A stretch of DNA of 64,000 nt from Euglena gracilis. Lineage: Eukaryota. Both the position numbers and the translations under genes were made by a program. Every line of letters begins with the position of its first letter. The first letter of the stretch is position 1. The notes under the pieces were generated by a model. It was not told the origin of the DNA and ran no database searches. It saw only the letters and a list, made by a program, of their open reading frames with translations. The stretch covers positions 47,533,847-47,597,846 of the forward strand of contig CP154954.1 of assembly GCA_039621445.1 (NCBI GenBank), given 5' to 3'. Below are positions 62,442 through 64,000 of this stretch, one piece after another.

Positions 62442-63607
62442 CAGGGGGGGGGAGAAATTGCACATGGGGAGGTCAAAAATTGCAGTGCAAAAAATTGCAC
62501 AAAATTGCACAAAATTGCACAAAATTGCACACACCAGAAAAGCCATACCAGAAACCAGAAAAGCTGCGTGTTCTGCCAATTTACCCGGTCGGTTCGCCCA
62601 AAAAGTTGCAACACAATCAGCCGTGGCAATATGCGTTGGCAATACTTGCGCCATTCATCCTGAATTTGTTCATCATCCAGCGAAAGACACAACAACTCAT
62701 ACTTAGAAGTTATCAAGGCACAAAATACGAACCTGTTTGTAGAACGCCTATTTCTCCTTTGCCAATTGGCCAATTGGGTTTGAAAACTGAGTACCTCCCC
62801 CCCCCTTGTCCAACGACCACTAAATATCGCTACTGACCGGGGGGGGGGGTCGCTATTTTGGCCAAATATCGCTACTGACCAGGGGGGTGGTCGTTAGACA
62901 AGACCGGGGTCAAAATTTTTTCTCCCGCTTCGTCCTAAGGTGAACAACAGGTGAACAAAAGGTGACAAAATGGCCAAAAGTGGTCAAAAGGGGGCAAAAA
63001 GTGGATAAAAGCTGTCAGAAGTGGCTTAAAATGGCCACAAATATGCAAAAATAGCCAGAAGCAGCCAAAAATTGGTATAAATGAAGCAAAAATGCATTCA
63101 AAGCAGCCAAAAGTGGTTTAAAATGCGAAAAATGCAGCCCAGAGTGGCCAAAAGTGTCCAAAAGTGGCCAAAAGTGGTCGAAAATAGCCAAAAACATGGC
63201 CAAAAAAGGCCAAAAGTTGATGATTTGCAGTAAACCAGGCAAAAAAAAGAATGGAAATCAACTACAGATGGGATACTGGTGGAAATTTGTGAAAATTGCA
63301 AACACGAAAAAAAGATCACCTGCAAAAAGATCGCTACTGACCGGGGGGGTGGTCGTTGGACAAGGGGGGGGGGTAAACCAACAATAAACAGCCTTTGAAC
63401 GGAAATTTTCATTATGCACATCAGTTTCCCAGCAAAAAAAAAAACAGTAAATTCTCAATTGCGTTAAAAACAGACATTTTCCAAAACAAAATGTCCTGGG
63501 CCATGTGCAATTAATTGCACAAAATTGCAAAAAATTGCACATTTCAGGAAAATCGAAAATTGCACAAAATTGCAAAAATTGCACGGTGCAATTTTCCCCC
63601 CCCTCTG
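62442..63607. mobile_element. MITE of the CAG-G(n)-aaattgcac family, carrying a nested element
   Basis: CAG...CTG TIRs and 7-bp TSD ccccacg. Homologous to 5741-6237. Confidence 0.85.
62794..63373. mobile_element. Nested MITE with TA duplication
   Basis: TIRs cctcccccccccttgtccaacgaccac and gtggtcgttggacaagggggggggg. The host copy at ~5970 shows the empty site with a single TA. Confidence 0.88.
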
Positions 63608-63640
63608 CCCCACGGCATATGCCACCCACCCCCCGTTCAC

Positions 63641-63724
63641 CTTGCGGGTTGGGGTGGCCCCGGCTTCCAGCAGGTGCACCACCGCCTCCAGTTGGTCGGC
63701 CAGAACGACAACATGCAGAAGGTC
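63641..63724 (-). CDS. Exon of minus-strand gene (DLLHVVVLADQLEAVVHLLEAGATPTRK)
   Basis: cccag acceptor and aag|gt donor. 84 nt, phase 0-0. Confidence 0.65.
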
Positions 63725-64000
63725 CTGGGAATGGGGGAGGGGTCACACCACACCTCCCGAATCGCGCTTGGTGTTGATGCGGCGCAAATCCATTCAGAGA
63801 GTGATGGGAGGCCTTTGCGGCCGTGAGGATGAGAAGAGGGCGGTTATGGCAACCGAGACTTCTGTAAAGCCAAAATCCTACGGCTTGACAATCGCACATA
63901 CCCATCCAGCCACCCACCATGCCCCCCCCCCCCCACACATCAAAACACGAACGCACGCGCGCGCACACACACGCACACACACAGACACACACACACACAC

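Noticed and set aside
62442-63607. MITE acting as its own nonconventional intron
   Set aside because: Flanking exons are better explained by a GT-AG intron (62316-63640) that simply contains the element.

Overview
Eukaryotic nuclear DNA, most likely from a photosynthetic euglenid. This is inferred from a nuclear psaD gene that carries both a GT-AG intron and a non-GT-AG intron with the euglenid nonconventional signature (CAG at +4..6, CTG at -8..-6). Layout: (1) last three exons of psaD (481-1616, +). (2) A 21.6-kb cluster (6393-27970) of five DIRS1-type tyrosine-recombinase retrotransposons from two families, with ITR/ICR ends and RT, RNase H, N6-adenine methylase and YR domains. The cluster also holds a nested DIRS, a 134-bp mini-DIRS and a TRIM-like LTR element. 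(3) A large multi-exon minus-strand gene (~30.6 kb to at least 63.7 kb) with a Myb/SANT-like domain, whose introns are full of MITEs. (4) A 3.35-kb TIR element studded with 20-bp palindromes. Main lead: the nonconventional intron geometry (3 nt before CAG + 5 nt after CTG = 8 nt) equals one 8-bp target-site duplication. The window shows a fresh MITE with CA(G/T) termini and an 8-bp TSD inside coding-like sequence, plus an older psaD intron with a decayed TSD and TIR, which suggests MITEs that create nonconventional introns. Many frameshifts fall in homopolymer runs and may be sequencing errors. Exon models of the minus-strand gene are read by eye and are partial.
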